From positions 32,550,001-32,614,000 of the forward strand of contig OZ024753.1 of assembly GCA_964016885.1 (NCBI GenBank): a stretch of 64,000 nt of DNA, read 5' to 3'. The notes under the pieces are model-generated. The model worked only from the letters and a program-made list of their open reading frames with translations, was not told the origin of the DNA and did no database searches. This stretch comes from Eledone cirrhosa. Its lineage: Eukaryota. A program made the translations under genes and the position numbers. Shown here piece after piece: positions 36,347-49,226 of the stretch (within the stretch, counting starts at the first letter, position 1; the number at the start of each line of letters is the position of its first letter).

Positions 36347-37365
36347 AGGAGAACATGATATGAAGGCTAAAAAACACTTGTGGATAGTGCAGTTTTAAAT
36401 CAACATATGAAAAGTGGTTTTAGATTGATGTGTGATATTGGGAAAAAAATATTTTATTTAGAGAGGGGGGGGGGTGGAAAGGATGAAAAGGGAAGGAGAT
36501 GAGAGGGAGAGATGGGTGATAGAGAGAAAGAGATAGTTTTTATAACTGAGAGGAGATATATTTTTTACATAGAGAGGTTGAAAACCGTTGGAAGATTCTG
36601 TATAAATTAAAAATTTTGAAAATTAACGAAGGGAGGATATGTGCGAGGAAAAAATATTTTATTTAGGGAGGGGGGGTGGAAAGGATGATAAAAAGGGGGA
36701 GGAGATGAGAGTGAAGGTGGAGAGGGAGAGATGGGTGATAGAGAGAAAGAGATAGTTTTTATAACTGAGAAAAAGATATATTGTTTTAACATAGAGAGGT
36801 TGGGAACCGTTGGAAAATAATGTATAAATTAAAGGAATTTGAAAATTAACGAAGGGAAATTATGTATGAAGATAGAGAGAAAAAGATAATAATTGTGGAT
36901 GAGTGTTCTAACGTCAAAAAAAGAAATGTATGTATTGTGGCAATTTCAAAATTAACGAAGAGAAAAATTATTAAGGTTTGTGTGTAGAAGGATTTGAGAA
37001 AAATAATGTGAAGTTAAAGTTTGTATATTGGTTGAATTGATAATATATGCGAATAAAGAGTTAATATGTATTAATAATGAGTTCGTTGATGGGGAGAAAA
37101 AAATAATAAATTAAGGATGAAATTGAGATTAAAAAGATTTATGATAGAGAGAAAAAAAATAATGATTGCGGATGAATATTCTAATGTCAAAAAACAACAA
37201 ATGTATGTTATGATTTTACAAGGTGAAGATAGAATGAGGGTAATGAGTAAACAAGTATTATAGAGTGTATAATGCCCTTTAAAGTAAGGTAGATGGGTAT
37301 ATTTTAAAGAGGTGTATGTATATGTGCCTTTGAGAAAAGATTCTAAATTGATAAAGAATTGAATA

Positions 37366-38193
37366 TTAACTGTATACTTTGTGAAAAGTTCTATGGAATT
37401 TATGCAGGCAGATAGAAAACAAATCTGTGCGTCTATTTATTATAGAATCTAGGTTAGAGATAATGGTAAATTTTTCATTTAGGCAGAGATTACAGATTTT
37501 AGATAGAGAGCTGTTCAAGTATGAGGATGCAGAAGAAATCTTCTTCCAAAAGATGGTATATTTAATGTTTTTGTCTTTTAAGGACCATATGAGTTCTGAG
37601 AGAGCAGTGTTAGTTCTTTTAAGTTTGTATTTGAAAGATGAATGATGATTATAGAGACGAGCTTTAAAAGAGGTGGAAGTGGAGCCAAAATAGGTGAAGG
37701 AATTGGTGCTAGTTATAATTTTACATTCATAAATTAAGTTTTTATCGAGACAATGGTTGTTGAGAGGACATTTATTTTTAATGCGGCAGTTGCAATTAGA
37801 GAGATTATTAATGAGTGATCTAGTGTTATCTATAGAAGGAATTGGATTGGAGAAGTTGTTTGCGATAGGAATAATAGGAATAATAGTTTCTTGATTTAGA
37901 GTTGGATTATGAACATTTAGCGAAGTTGTGTTTGACGTTGTATTTGGGTTTACAGAAGTTAGCCTAGGGTTTACAATGACGTCGGGAGTACTATTACTGT
38001 TATTATGAAATTCAATATTGGAAGGAAGAGATTTAGTATTTAGTATTTTATTGTTGTGTTTAGAGATGATGTTGGAAATATTGGAGGATGTAGAATACGA
38101 AAATTTGATGGTGTGTTTGTTAAATATTTTACTATTTTTGACGTTAGAACACTCATCCACAATTATTATCTTTTTCTCTCTATCTTCATACAT
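37366..38193 (-). CDS. PLE-type GIY-YIG endonuclease ORF (275 aa), lacking reverse transcriptase
   Basis: Linker KIFNKHTIKFSYS...HNNKIL; CNCRIKNKCPLNNHC; LIY...YFG; FKARLYNH; CNLC..EK; N.R...C.H. The first ~20 codons come from the inverted arm. Confidence 0.8.
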   Translation of the reverse strand: MYEDREKKIIIVDECSNVKNSKIFNKHTIKFSYSTSSNISNIISKHNNKILNTKSLPSNIEFHNNSNSTPDVIVNPRLTSVNPNTTSNTTSLNVHNPTLNQETIIPIIPIANNFSNPIPSIDNTRSLINNLSNCNCRIKNKCPLNNHCLDKNLIYECKIITSTNSFTYFGSTSTSFKARLYNHHSSFKYKLKRTNTALSELIWSLKDKNIKYTIFWKKISSASSYLNSSLSKICNLCLNEKFTIISNLDSIINRRTDLFSICLHKFHRTFHKVYS

Positions 38194-38710
38194 AATTTCC
38201 CTTCGTTAATTTTCAAATTCCTTTAATTTATACATTATCTTCCAACGGTTCCCAACCTCTCTATGTTAAAACAATATATCTTTTTCTCAGTTATAAAAAC
38301 TATCTCTTTCTCTCTATCACCCATCTCTCCCTCTCCACCTTCACTCTCATCTCCTCCCCCTTTTTTTCATCCTTTCCACCCCCCACCCTCCCTAAATAAA
38401 ATATTTTTTCCTCGCACATATCCTCCCTTCGTTAATTTTCAAATTTTTTAATTTATACAGAATCTTCCAACGGTTTTCAACCTCTCTATGTAAAAAATAT
38501 ATCTCCTCTCAGTTATAAAAACTATCTCTTTCTCTCTATCACCCATATCTCCCTCTCATCTCCTTCCCTTTTCATCCTTTCCAACCCCCCCCTCTCTAAA
38601 TAAAATATTTTTTTCCCAATATCACACATCAATCTAAAACCACTTTTCATATGTTGATTTAAAACTGCACTATCCACAAGTATTTTTTAGCCTTCATATC
38701 ATGTTCTCCT

Positions 38711-38779
38711 GTTTTATCTGATGAAAACACAAATATTATTGCATGATGATGTTTGTTTTTGAAATGCGCATAATAAAAT
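38711..38779 (+). ncRNA. Type I hammerhead ribozyme in the inverted pLTR
   Basis: GTTTTAT-CTGATGA-long stem II-GAAA-TGCGCA-TA-ATAAAAT; AUA triplet; palindromic stem III ATGCGCAT. Confidence 0.82.
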
Positions 38780-38932
38780 ACATGGAACTCCTTTAACCAT
38801 CTTTTGATCTTATATTATGCATACTCCAGTCCTACAAACTGTAGAGTGCTTCTTATCCGATATTTGCATTGCTTTATTGTACTACAATGAAACTCACCTC
38901 CTACATATATATATATATATAAATATATATAA

Positions 38933-39074
38933 AACAAAGGAGATGTGGTAAGGAACCAAGTGGACCATAACACACCAAAGTACTCAATACTTAGGGTAGT
39001 AGAGTGGGTAATAGGTTCAGAATTAGCCGTCGAAACGGCTTGAGCTCAGCCGTCGGGGTCTTACTCGTTCCTAT
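38933..39074. mobile_element. GC-rich hairpin mini-element, copy 2 (tail inverted relative to core)
   Basis: 38933-39015 is the reverse-complemented tail and 39016-39074 the forward core; flanked by (TA)n. Confidence 0.85.
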
Positions 39075-40009
39075 ATATATATATATCCCTACTTGACTAA
39101 TAATACAACCAATGTGAAACTAGTTGGTGTGTTTTTATTGGCAACATGTGCCCCGTAAAGTATAAGAATATTTATTTGAAAATACGATTTCACATTAGGA
39201 ATTTTGCAAACAAAGTATGAATGTATACTATACGAAAGTCTTTAAATCATATTTTTTATCCCTATTGTTTCTGCAGCATTGCATCAAACTATTCAAAATC
39301 TATTGACACCCATTGGAAGTTTCCATGCCAGCTCTTCTCTCTCTCTCTCTCTCTTTCTCACACTCACGCACAGACACACACACAATACAATATTCATGTA
39401 TACAACTCCATAAAGAATCAAGAAATTTACAATATTACATACACATACATATTAAACCTCCACACATACACGCACACACACACACTCTCTCTCTCGTTCA
39501 CTCTCTCACTTTCTCTTGCTCTCTCTCTCTCACTGCCATATATATGCGTGCATAAGTATTTTTCTGCAGAGTTGTTTATAAAGAAAATTAGTAAATATAA
39601 AACTCACCCTACAATTGCGTTTACTTTGCAGTTATATTGATCTTTAATCGCTTAGTAAATGTCCGGTAAGTTATGTATTTTAGATAAATAGCTCAAAGTT
39701 TATGGTTACTGTTTAAGCGCAATAAATCATTGGTCAGAGTTCTAAAATATCCGCAACGTTGTAACACTTTGTACCATTTCACAATCTATTAACAGTCAGT
39801 ATGCATCGCCTACATTGTTGTGTACTATAGATTCCACTTAAAAAAATAATAATTTACAAATATCATGAAGCTTGGATAGCCATGTCAGTAAAAGATATCA
39901 ATGTAAGAAGGCAACTGCATATGAAATAAGTCATAAATTATCAAATATCTAATGAATCGTATTAAGATCAGGACCGTTTTTGTTGTTTTTTTGTTTCTAA
40001 TGGCGGGAC

Positions 40010-40345
40010 TTGTTCTATGCTTTCGCGAGATTTAGACAATTACAAAGCAGGTTGAAAGTCAGCTAGATGGAAGGGACTCCTATATGTTACAGATGGAATC
40101 AACCTCACTTGGAAGAGTCTATAGGGAATTTTATACCTATAGGGAATTTTATACTTTGCTGAAGTTAACTGAAAGGATAGCTCACGCAATAATGTGATGG
40201 CCAGACTACAGAGTAAGTTCGCCAAAAGAAATAGCCCCAACTCTAGTACTTCGGCAGCCATCTGATGCATGTATATAACACGGAAGGTCACCCATCAACT
40301 TCACTGATATACTTAAAAAGGCAGCAGATTCAGGATTGGACTGAA
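40010..40345 (+). mobile_element. Decayed RTE-X-like LINE, 3' ORF fragment
   Basis: TITKQVESQLDG..YMLQM, NLTWKS, EFYTLLKLTERI and EIAPTLVLRQP....GRSPINFTDILKK match the RTE-X C-terminal pattern; frameshifted. Confidence 0.65.
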
Positions 40346-41037
40346 ACGATATATTCTGACACAAGTATTTTCCCTTGTTCGATCCCGGAGATGTGGTTTG
40401 ATAAGATGGTTCAAACAAGAATTCAATTATTCTTGGCTTGAAATAAAGTATTTTATTTTCTCACTGTTTTAGAAGTACATTTGTTTTTCAACTTTATTAT
40501 AAATAAACGACACCATACGTTATTTTAATGAATAAATCACCTGTGTGATTGCGCGATATAACGGCTGATGCAGTAAATAAAAGAATGTTTGGTGAGATTT
40601 TCAGAAGTCTATTTATAAAGGTTTATGTCTAGACACCTGAGGTTGTTTACAAGCCAAAGTAACGATGTGTTTCCACTAACGCACCTGTTCACTGAATTGG
40701 TACCATTAATACAGAAGCAGAGAGAAGCAAAGAAACTGCAGTATATACGTAACAAATAAAACCAACCAACGCAAAGAAGAAAAAAACCAACCAACGCGAA
40801 GAAGAAAAAGACAATATTATCGGTTTAAACTGGCAAAGTATCTAATTCGAATTAAAAATATTCTTACCTACCATTGAATTCGCTTTTTCATATATACTCT
40901 CTCCAGTCAATGTGTAATTCTTGCAAAAATATACTTTTCACTTACCTAGAGAAAAAGAAAATATAGAAATAAATATAGAAATATAGAAATGAATATAAAT
41001 ATATTCATATATATATATATATTCATATATATATATA

Positions 41038-41074
<37 letters not shown>

Positions 41075-41597
41075 GTACGTATATATACGATATAAAATGA
41101 TCATGCATACTTGCTATTTAAACCAAACCTGTCGTTATAAGCAAAAATAGGATTATCACGATTGCTACATATTATGTCTATGGATGTCAGTCTTTATGTT
41201 AGTTAGTATAGAAGTTCGGTCAGACATTTTTGTAAAAAACATCTTGTTGAAATCATGTATATTCTAAATTTACATTCACTTTCTAATGGAAACAGTAAAA
41301 GTATACAAGTTCGTATATTTTTATTTGAGATGTAAGTTCTCCCTTTCAGAATTCAAGCCAGTCACAAAGAAACTGACATTTTTTTACGATTCAAGACCCC
41401 TTATTGGATTGGGAAATAAGTGAGTGAGCTAGTAGGTGCCATAAATGGGAATGTTTCTCTAGTACACTTGTGTGCGTTTTTGTGTGTGCGATTATGTTAT
41501 ATATATGTGTGTGTGTGTGTAAAACGCAAACAAAAATAACAAATCAAACAACAACGCAATGCAATGAATAATATTAGGTTTGCGCTGGATACAGTAG

Positions 41598-41640
<43 letters not shown>

Positions 41641-41996
41641 GTTTCCTCTTACACTCGTCTATCTTTCTCTTTCTTTTATCTCCAATTCTATCCGCTAGTA
41701 AAGGACTAACCTCTAAAACATTGACTTTGTTCCTACTATAACCTGTGTTAAACTAATATATATCTTCAGGGTAATATATCCTTCCCCTGATGACTTTTCG
41801 TTTACTGTTCACACATCATATATATATATATATATACACATCAAATTTAGTATAGAAATGGCTTCTATAAGACTAGAACTGTTTCATTCGAAGGAAATCG
41901 TGATAGTGTTGTAGATGTCATTTCTATATTAAATTTGATATTTACACTCTACTTAATTACTGGGGTTACCCTACCCCTGATTTAACATCTGCCCCT

Positions 41997-42056
<60 letters not shown>

Positions 42057-42339
42057 CTCAGCTGTACAGATAAAATCAAATGGACTTGAGAAATCTTAAA
42101 TAATTGAAATGAAATATGAACTTCATACACCCCACGACCCAACACCACTGAATCAACTGCCGTCACAACTACCTCCACTATCTTCTGTACTTTCCACTTA
42201 AAGGCTACAGCTACAACTAATTTTATTGTGAATATAAGAAGCAATTCGTTTCTTAAATTAATTTTTCTTTGATACCAATTTACCAAACAACAATTCTGTT
42301 CAATAATTAATATTTTCTAGTGTTATTATTAATTATATT

Positions 42340-43250
42340 ATTATTAATTATTATTATTATTAACATCATTTAGCCAAAAGGTATACCTTTAGCCAAATAG
42401 AATTTGAGTATTGTTTTTAAAATATCCATTAGTAATTGGATGTAATAATGTTGTTGATAATAGTAATGATTATAGTAAATATAAAAATGAATAAGTAAAT
42501 TATAATAATGAAGAGGATGATGATGATGATATTGAAGATGATGATGATGACGACGACGACAACGACGATGATGATGATGATGAGAGTAATGAAACACTAA
42601 CATTACTGAATGTCTGCAGATCAAAACAAATTGATTTGAAACGTTATTCAATTTAAAAAAATATTTTTTCTTCTCTAAAGAAAATTGAAAAATACAGAAT
42701 TTCAATATCTTCATTTAAAAGGCGGTAATATTTGGAGCAAAAATAGTTCCATTAATTTTGCTATCTTCGCAAACACTGTAAGCATCATAACAAAAATAAA
42801 CTACTTCTGCCGTCACCACCACCAGTATTACTGTACTACCACAAATATTACTACCAACAACTCACCAGCACTAATATCACTATCACCAACACCACCTATA
42901 TTACTAGTATGGCCACCCCTCCACTTATACTACTATTACCACCTCCATCAATATCAACACTAATACGACCACTACTAGAGTTAGGCCCTTAACCAAATGA
43001 AATATTGATATTGTCTTTTAAAAGATATGTCCGCTACTTGTAATACAAGGAAATAATAGAATGAAGTTCATTTTCTATGTTGGTCGAACAGTTAATGGAG
43101 TTTCTACAGAAACAATCAGACGCATGAACAACACGTTTTGTAATGCTCCTTCTGGCAAAGAAATAAATCATCATAATTATCATCATCATCATATACCACC
43201 ACCACCACCACCACCACCACCAGCAGTAGCAGTGATAGCAGCAATAGTAA

Positions 43251-43296
<46 letters not shown>

Positions 43297-43300
43297 TATG
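42340..43300. repeat. Cluster of degenerate trinucleotide repeats (ATT, GAT, GAC, CAC, TAG)
   Basis: Direct reading; produces the poly-H/P/V/Y ORF artefacts. Confidence 0.85.
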
Positions 43301-43666
43301 AAGCTGGATTAGCAGCAGAATTGTGAAGATCGGACAAATAGTTTGCAATATTTGTTGCAGCTATTTATGTTCTGATTTCAAATAACACTATGGTTAACTG
43401 TTTATTATCCCACCGTGGTTAGCTTTGCCTTTCATCCTTAAGACGACATTATATATAAACTGCATTAGGAGAAAATTAGCGACGGAAATATATGCGATTA
43501 TAAGTGTTATAATATAACGGCCGCTAACCGGAAGTGTTGACATTTGATAATTTTAAAGAATTGAATTTTAAAAGTCTTTATAAGCTATAAAATATATTTA
43601 ATCAACAGCCACGAAATTTAGCACATAAATTATGTAATATTCTTTCATTATTTATTCAAAATGGAT

Positions 43667-43845
43667 TGGCAGTATCGGTAGAGGGTCGGACGCCATACTT
43701 TGACGCATAGAGTTGTGGCCCTCTACGTTCTAAGTTCAAATCCAGCCGAGGTTAACTTTGCCTTTCATCCCTACGGGGTCGATAAAATAAAGTACTAGTA
43801 ATGCAGTGATTATTTTCTGGCCTTGTGCCAAAAGTAGAAACAATT
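43667..43845 (+). mobile_element. tRNA-derived SINE, near full length
   Basis: A-box-like TGGCAGTATCGG; B-box AAGTTCAAATCC; core GAGGTTAACTTTGCCTTTCATCC; tail GGCCTTGTGCCAAAAGTAGAAACAAT. Confidence 0.88.
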
Positions 43846-43954
43846 ATTTATTCAAAGTAATCCAACTTAATTTACAAACGGGGTAAACAAATATATCCTG
43901 GACGCAATCCCGCAGACCTTCCTTTATTATAGTTAAGATTATCAATATTTTCTT

Positions 43955-44075
43955 ATTTTTATCTCGAAAGGATGAAAAATAAGGTTGACTTTGACAGGTT
44001 TTGAACTGGGAGCGCAGTGAATTAGAACAAACGCCGCAAAACATTTTTTCCTACATTCTAATGACTGCCAATTTG
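43955..44075 (-). mobile_element. Degenerate SINE, 5' half
   Basis: TTTTATCTCGAAAGGATGAAAAATAAGGTTGACTTTGACAGGTTTTGAACT...CTGCCAA. Confidence 0.55.
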
Positions 44076-45662
44076 CGTTTGCTATTAATCCAATAGACTG
44101 GCATCCATGCCGCTGACTCTGAAATCTATCTAATTGTGAACCAATTCACTAGCCCCATAAGCACAATATAAAACGCACAAGAATTCATACAGCAATAATT
44201 TACATTGAATCACAAGCGATTTAATTTCATTTCATAATATGTAATTAATCTGTCAAGAAATTTAGAGAAAAAATTTAAGAAACAAAATGAAACAAAATAT
44301 ATAAATTTCCAAAATAATAAAAATAATATGAAAAAAATAATTACCGATTTATTGAGAAAAAACATTGCTCATAGGGAAATGAATATGAAGGATATTATAT
44401 AATTAATTTAGATTTATGCATGGATACAAGATATTTACTTCTTAGGGACATACAATTTCGAAATGTAATGTGTGTGGAGTATACTATTAATAATAATATT
44501 TTTTTATATTATTATTATTGTGTTATTATCATGATAACGATAATTATAATATTTACGTATATATATATATAACCACGAGACAGGAAGCAAGTTAGTGTGC
44601 CATGTATAAACGTTTTAATATAATTATATATGTCCCCACACTGTGTGTGTGTTTGTGTGGGTGTGTATAGAACGAGTCAGCTTATAGGAACAATGTATAC
44701 ACAATCTCAATAAAATACCCTAAAACACTGGCTGGTTAATAAAACTACTATTAATAATGAATGCTGCAGATTTTAATGTCATTACAAACGATACACTCTC
44801 ACAAGTACAGAGACGTTCGGCTTCAAATACACAAACACTCAAATATACGACGCATACTAGTACAAATAACACAATCCCTACTAAGGCAACGAGAAAATAC
44901 TCTTGAAATAAATTAAAATTTCCAGGTTTTATATACACAAATGTTTTCTCAAAGGAGGAATGTTCGTGGAGTGGGGATACCTGAGTAGATTGACAGTGGC
45001 ATCATTAGGGATGGCCGAGTAAATCGATTCCCACCTGATAGTCACTTTTGCCTCTGGGACATTCTCCTGCCACACCCAGATAACTGCTTCTGCTGCAAGG
45101 CTAAACGTAGTAAGGGACTGGTTAATCAGAGTGAAGAAAGGCACCAGCAGGCATTTATACGGCGCATTGATATACGATGATGGGCACACTGTCAAACGTC
45201 TCTAATGGAACTCCAAGGACTGGCTGCACAGTTACGGCAAATGATTGATATATAGGTACATTCGCAAAAACTAATCACCATATTGACTGTAACAAGGAAG
45301 GAATGCCGCCCGATGCCTGATATTACACAAAGCCACATTTCATGATGTATACAAACAAGACACCTTGCATATTTCCACATGTATGTAATGTTGGGCGACG
45401 CATTCTGTATTTCTTTAAGTCTTTTATTTTAATATTTTACTGGTTTCAGTCATTAGACTGAGCCCATGGTGGGGCGCCACATCTATTTAGTCGATCATAT
45501 AGATCCAGGTATGTTTTGGCAGATTTGGTACCTTTTTTTAATCACTTTTGTTACAGAGCATAGTTACGCTAAGTTACAGGGCATAAAGTATTCACAAGCG
45601 TACAAATAGAGATGTATGAATTCACACATAACCGCATACACAAAGATTATATATATATGTGT

Positions 45663-45746
<84 letters not shown>

Positions 45747-47258
45747 ATGCATATGTATATACACATATAAGAATTACTGTTATCTATCTTCTAGCTGAGA
45801 TATTTTCAATAACTTACAATGGATACATCAACCATCTCCACCATTAAATGAAAGGTGATACTACTACTACTACTACTTCTACTACTACTACTAATACTAC
45901 TACTACCACCAATAATAATAATAATAATAATAATAATACAGAACAAAAAGGGGAATAATATGAAGAATAAGAAGGAAGTTGAAGTGATAATAATTGATAG
46001 ATGAATTAAAAGAATGAATAAAGGCTAAATTTGAAGTCGATAAAAAGAATAAAATCCGAAAAAAGCGAAGAATATGAGAATACGATTGGGAATAACAATA
46101 AGAATAAAAGGGATGAAAATAGAATCAATCAGCTTAGTTGTAGATATCTGGACAAAACCAGGAATGACATTGGTTAAAGAAGAATCTCGAAGAGTTAGTC
46201 GGAGGAAGAGAAGACAGAACGAGAGACGGACAGATAAAGAGAGACTGTGAATAGAGTCTGATGAATAGTAGTAATGTCATATCTGGCAGCTAAGCTTTTA
46301 AATTAATGATAAAATTTGTACTGCTGAAGACGTTTCATTATGTGTAGGCGAAAAATATATATAGAAATGTGTGGATTTAGTGAGAGTCGGAGAGCTACAA
46401 GTAATATAAATAGACAAGCAAAATGAAGATGGGGAGAAAGGACGTCAGAGAAAAAGAACCAGTAAGAAAGGAAAGGCAAACGGTAAGAAAAAAAATGAAG
46501 AAGGGTTAAATGAAAAGATGCTAAAGTTGCCGTCATTTAATTTATTCCTGGAGGTTATTGAAAATGCAGATGGACGAAAATCAAATATTACAAGAACGCT
46601 ACTGGTGGTCAAAAGAATTGCTCTGAATATATAAAGCTGTTGAATGGGAAAAACGAATATAAGAGTAAAAATAATATAATGAATAAGGAAAGAACATTTA
46701 TCAGCAACAAACACAGTCACGCGAATAAATGTGAGGAAAAAACATCTGACAAAACGATGAAGGTGAAAAAGAAGAGCAACAAGGACACTTTCTTCTGAAT
46801 TCACTAATACAATTCCATTATTAATGCAATGTATTGTGTTTATATAAGGCATGCCGAGGTGCATTTCTGTATTTAGAATGAAATATATTTACAAAACTTT
46901 ACTCTCTAGTTTATGAAGGTGAAATTTTTGCTGCTTTTTTTCATAGTTACTTAGTTATATTTTTTGTAGTTATCAGTAACGTATCTCAAATAACATTAGA
47001 TTTGTTTTCTTTCTCTATTTGATTTTATTGAATAATTCAGTAAAGCTTTCCGTGGACAGTATTTAAGAGATGCTGTTAAACATTCTACCTTAATCATAGC
47101 TAAACAAGATGATTTGTTTTTCGTTACATCCCAAACTATGTGAGAAAATTATGGAACTACTGATAGCAGCGAAACATTCTCACTGTTCAGTTCTTTCCTG
47201 AACGTTCTTTTCTTTTCTATTCAACCCATTTCCTTCTCGTAGCACCCGATATCTTTAC

Positions 47259-47302
<44 letters not shown>

Positions 47303-47325
47303 GTATAAAAATCAATACAATATAA

Positions 47326-47401
47326 TTACCTCATTACCAGAGGTTTCCCGAATGAGGCGAATACGAAATAAACGACTTCATTCGTTCGTCAGACGAGGCA
47401 A
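47326..47401 (-). ncRNA. Solo type I hammerhead ribozyme
   Basis: Reverse complement reads TTGCCTCGT-CTGACGA-ACGAATGA...TCATTCGG-GAAA-CCTCTGG-TA-ATGAGGTAA; 9-bp stem I; GUA triplet; 3' end ~25 nt from (TA)n. Confidence 0.8.
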
Positions 47402-48472
47402 TATAAAACATGGGCAAATACTTAGAAAAACACATCAAGAAAATCAAAAAAAGATATAGATAAATGAAATAGAAATTGAAATATATAAAAATCTATCAAG
47501 AAATATAGTTAGGTGTGTGTATATGTATGTATATACGCTCACAGATGTGCATATATGTATATGTGCACATGTAAATGTATAGTGAGAAAGAGTGCGTAAT
47601 TCTAAAATTTAGGGCAAATGTATCTATATGTCTGTATTATACAGACAGAAATGGTTACATCGTAAATATATGAATATGAAGGCGCGCGCATAAAACGCCT
47701 GGACACTTAGACGCGGAAAGAAAGGAGGTAAGGGAGTGTAATAATTAAAAGAAAAGAATCAGTCTCGATATATTTATAAAAATATAATAACGATAAATTA
47801 GAAAGAAAAGATATTAGAAAGAAAAAATTAAAGAAAACAAAAAAAGGGGGGTACATACATACACAGACACGCGTGTCTCACAAAAGAAATGTAAAAATAG
47901 TTATGCTTATATACACACGCGCACTTATACTTCCATACGTTCGATACGTACATACACACACACACACACATATACTTATACTCACGCATATAAACCTGTT
48001 TGCATGCCCACGTATGAAACTGAGTAAGTAAAAAAAAAAAGGGGGGGGGGGAGAAGAAAAAAGGAACAAAACATAAAACCGAGATGTCAAAAACACGGAT
48101 ATAAAGACACGTACACATACGCATAATATATACATACACACACACACAAACACCTGTACACACACATATATATACACACATATATATATACATATACAGA
48201 CACGCACGCGCGCGCACATACGTAGTCACTCATGTACATATATAAAAAGTATACACACATTAAGGCGTTCAGCCATATTGAAATGTGGATAAATAAGTAC
48301 AAATATAAAATTGTAAGATAGGCTGCGCAAAAATAAAATAAAAATAAAAATGAAAAATATATCTGGATTGAAAAACACAAAAGACAAGTGTAATCAGTTA
48401 GTGGAGGAAAAAGGGAAGTGGAGGAAAAAGGGAAGTATTTGTTGAGTAATCAACGAACCATATTAATCTTTG

Positions 48473-48504
<32 letters not shown>

Positions 48505-48511
<7 letters not shown>

Positions 48512-48535
48512 TATAGTCTTCAAATTTATTATTAT

Positions 48536-48573
<38 letters not shown>

Positions 48574-48607
48574 ATAATAATAAATTTGAAGACTATAATA
48601 AATATAT
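48505..48607. repeat. Inverted repeat around (TA)n, ~33 bp arms
   Basis: TTTATTATAGTCTTCAAATTTATTATTATTAC-(TA)n-GTAATAATAATAAATTTGAAGACTATAATAAA. Confidence 0.93.
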
Positions 48608-48613
48608 ATATAT

Positions 48614-48819
48614 ATAGGAACCAGTAAGACCCCGACAGCTGAGCTCAAGCCGTTTCGACGGCTAATTCTGGACTAATTTAGTCCAGAATTAGCCGTCGAA
48701 ACGGCTTGAGCTCAGCTGTCGGGGTCTTACTGGTTCCTATTACCCACTCTACTACCTCAAGTATTGAGTACTTTGGTGCGTTATGGTCCACCTGGTTCCT
48801 TACCACATTTCCTTCGTTA
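48614..48819. mobile_element. GC-rich hairpin mini-element, copy 3 (palindrome 48614-48740 plus tail)
   Basis: Perfect arms centred at 48677; homologous to 5247-5459. Confidence 0.88.
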
Positions 48820-48835
48820 TATATATATATATATA

Positions 48836-49226
48836 TAAAACCAAAGATTAATATGGTTCGTTGATTACTCAACGAATACAATATTACAATAGATTAGAAG
48901 TACTCAACAAAAGATTTACCTGGAGTTTTTAATATTATTCAAAATGTTAATAAATGAAAAATATTCTCATAATCAAAATAGATATTTTATTATACATATT
49001 TCAAAGGTACTATGGTGTTTAAGTACGTTTTAACCAGACAAAATATATGATTTGATACGTGACATACCGCTACGGTTTTGATTATTCAATTCCAGTATTC
49101 AATATATCAAATCATATATTCTGTCTGATGAAAACGTACTTAAACACCATAGTACCTTTGAAATATGTATAATAATATATATATATATTTTGATTATGAG
49201 AATATTTTTCATTTATTAACATTTTG

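Larger units (their letters stand above)
36240..38905 (-). mobile_element. 5'-truncated Penelope-like element (probably Hydra clade) with an inverted pLTR copy at its 5' end
   Basis: GIY-YIG ORF; inverted arms 36240-36920 / 38135-38817; an HHR in each arm; (TA)n on both sides; no RT. Confidence 0.88.

Noticed and set aside
36240-38817. DNA transposon with long TIRs
   Set aside because: No transposase; the ORF is a PLE-type GIY-YIG, the arms end unequally and they contain HHRs, which fits an inverted pLTR
41755-41800. CTGAAGA (minus) and CTGATGA (plus) close together
   Set aside because: Neither has a correctly placed GAAA with closing stems; similar incomplete hits at 3348, 20951 and 46324
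43034-43348. Poly-P/V/H/Y/W ORFs
   Set aside because: Trinucleotide microsatellites
43667-43745. tRNA gene
   Set aside because: A/B boxes are present but there is no cloverleaf; it continues into the multi-copy SINE body
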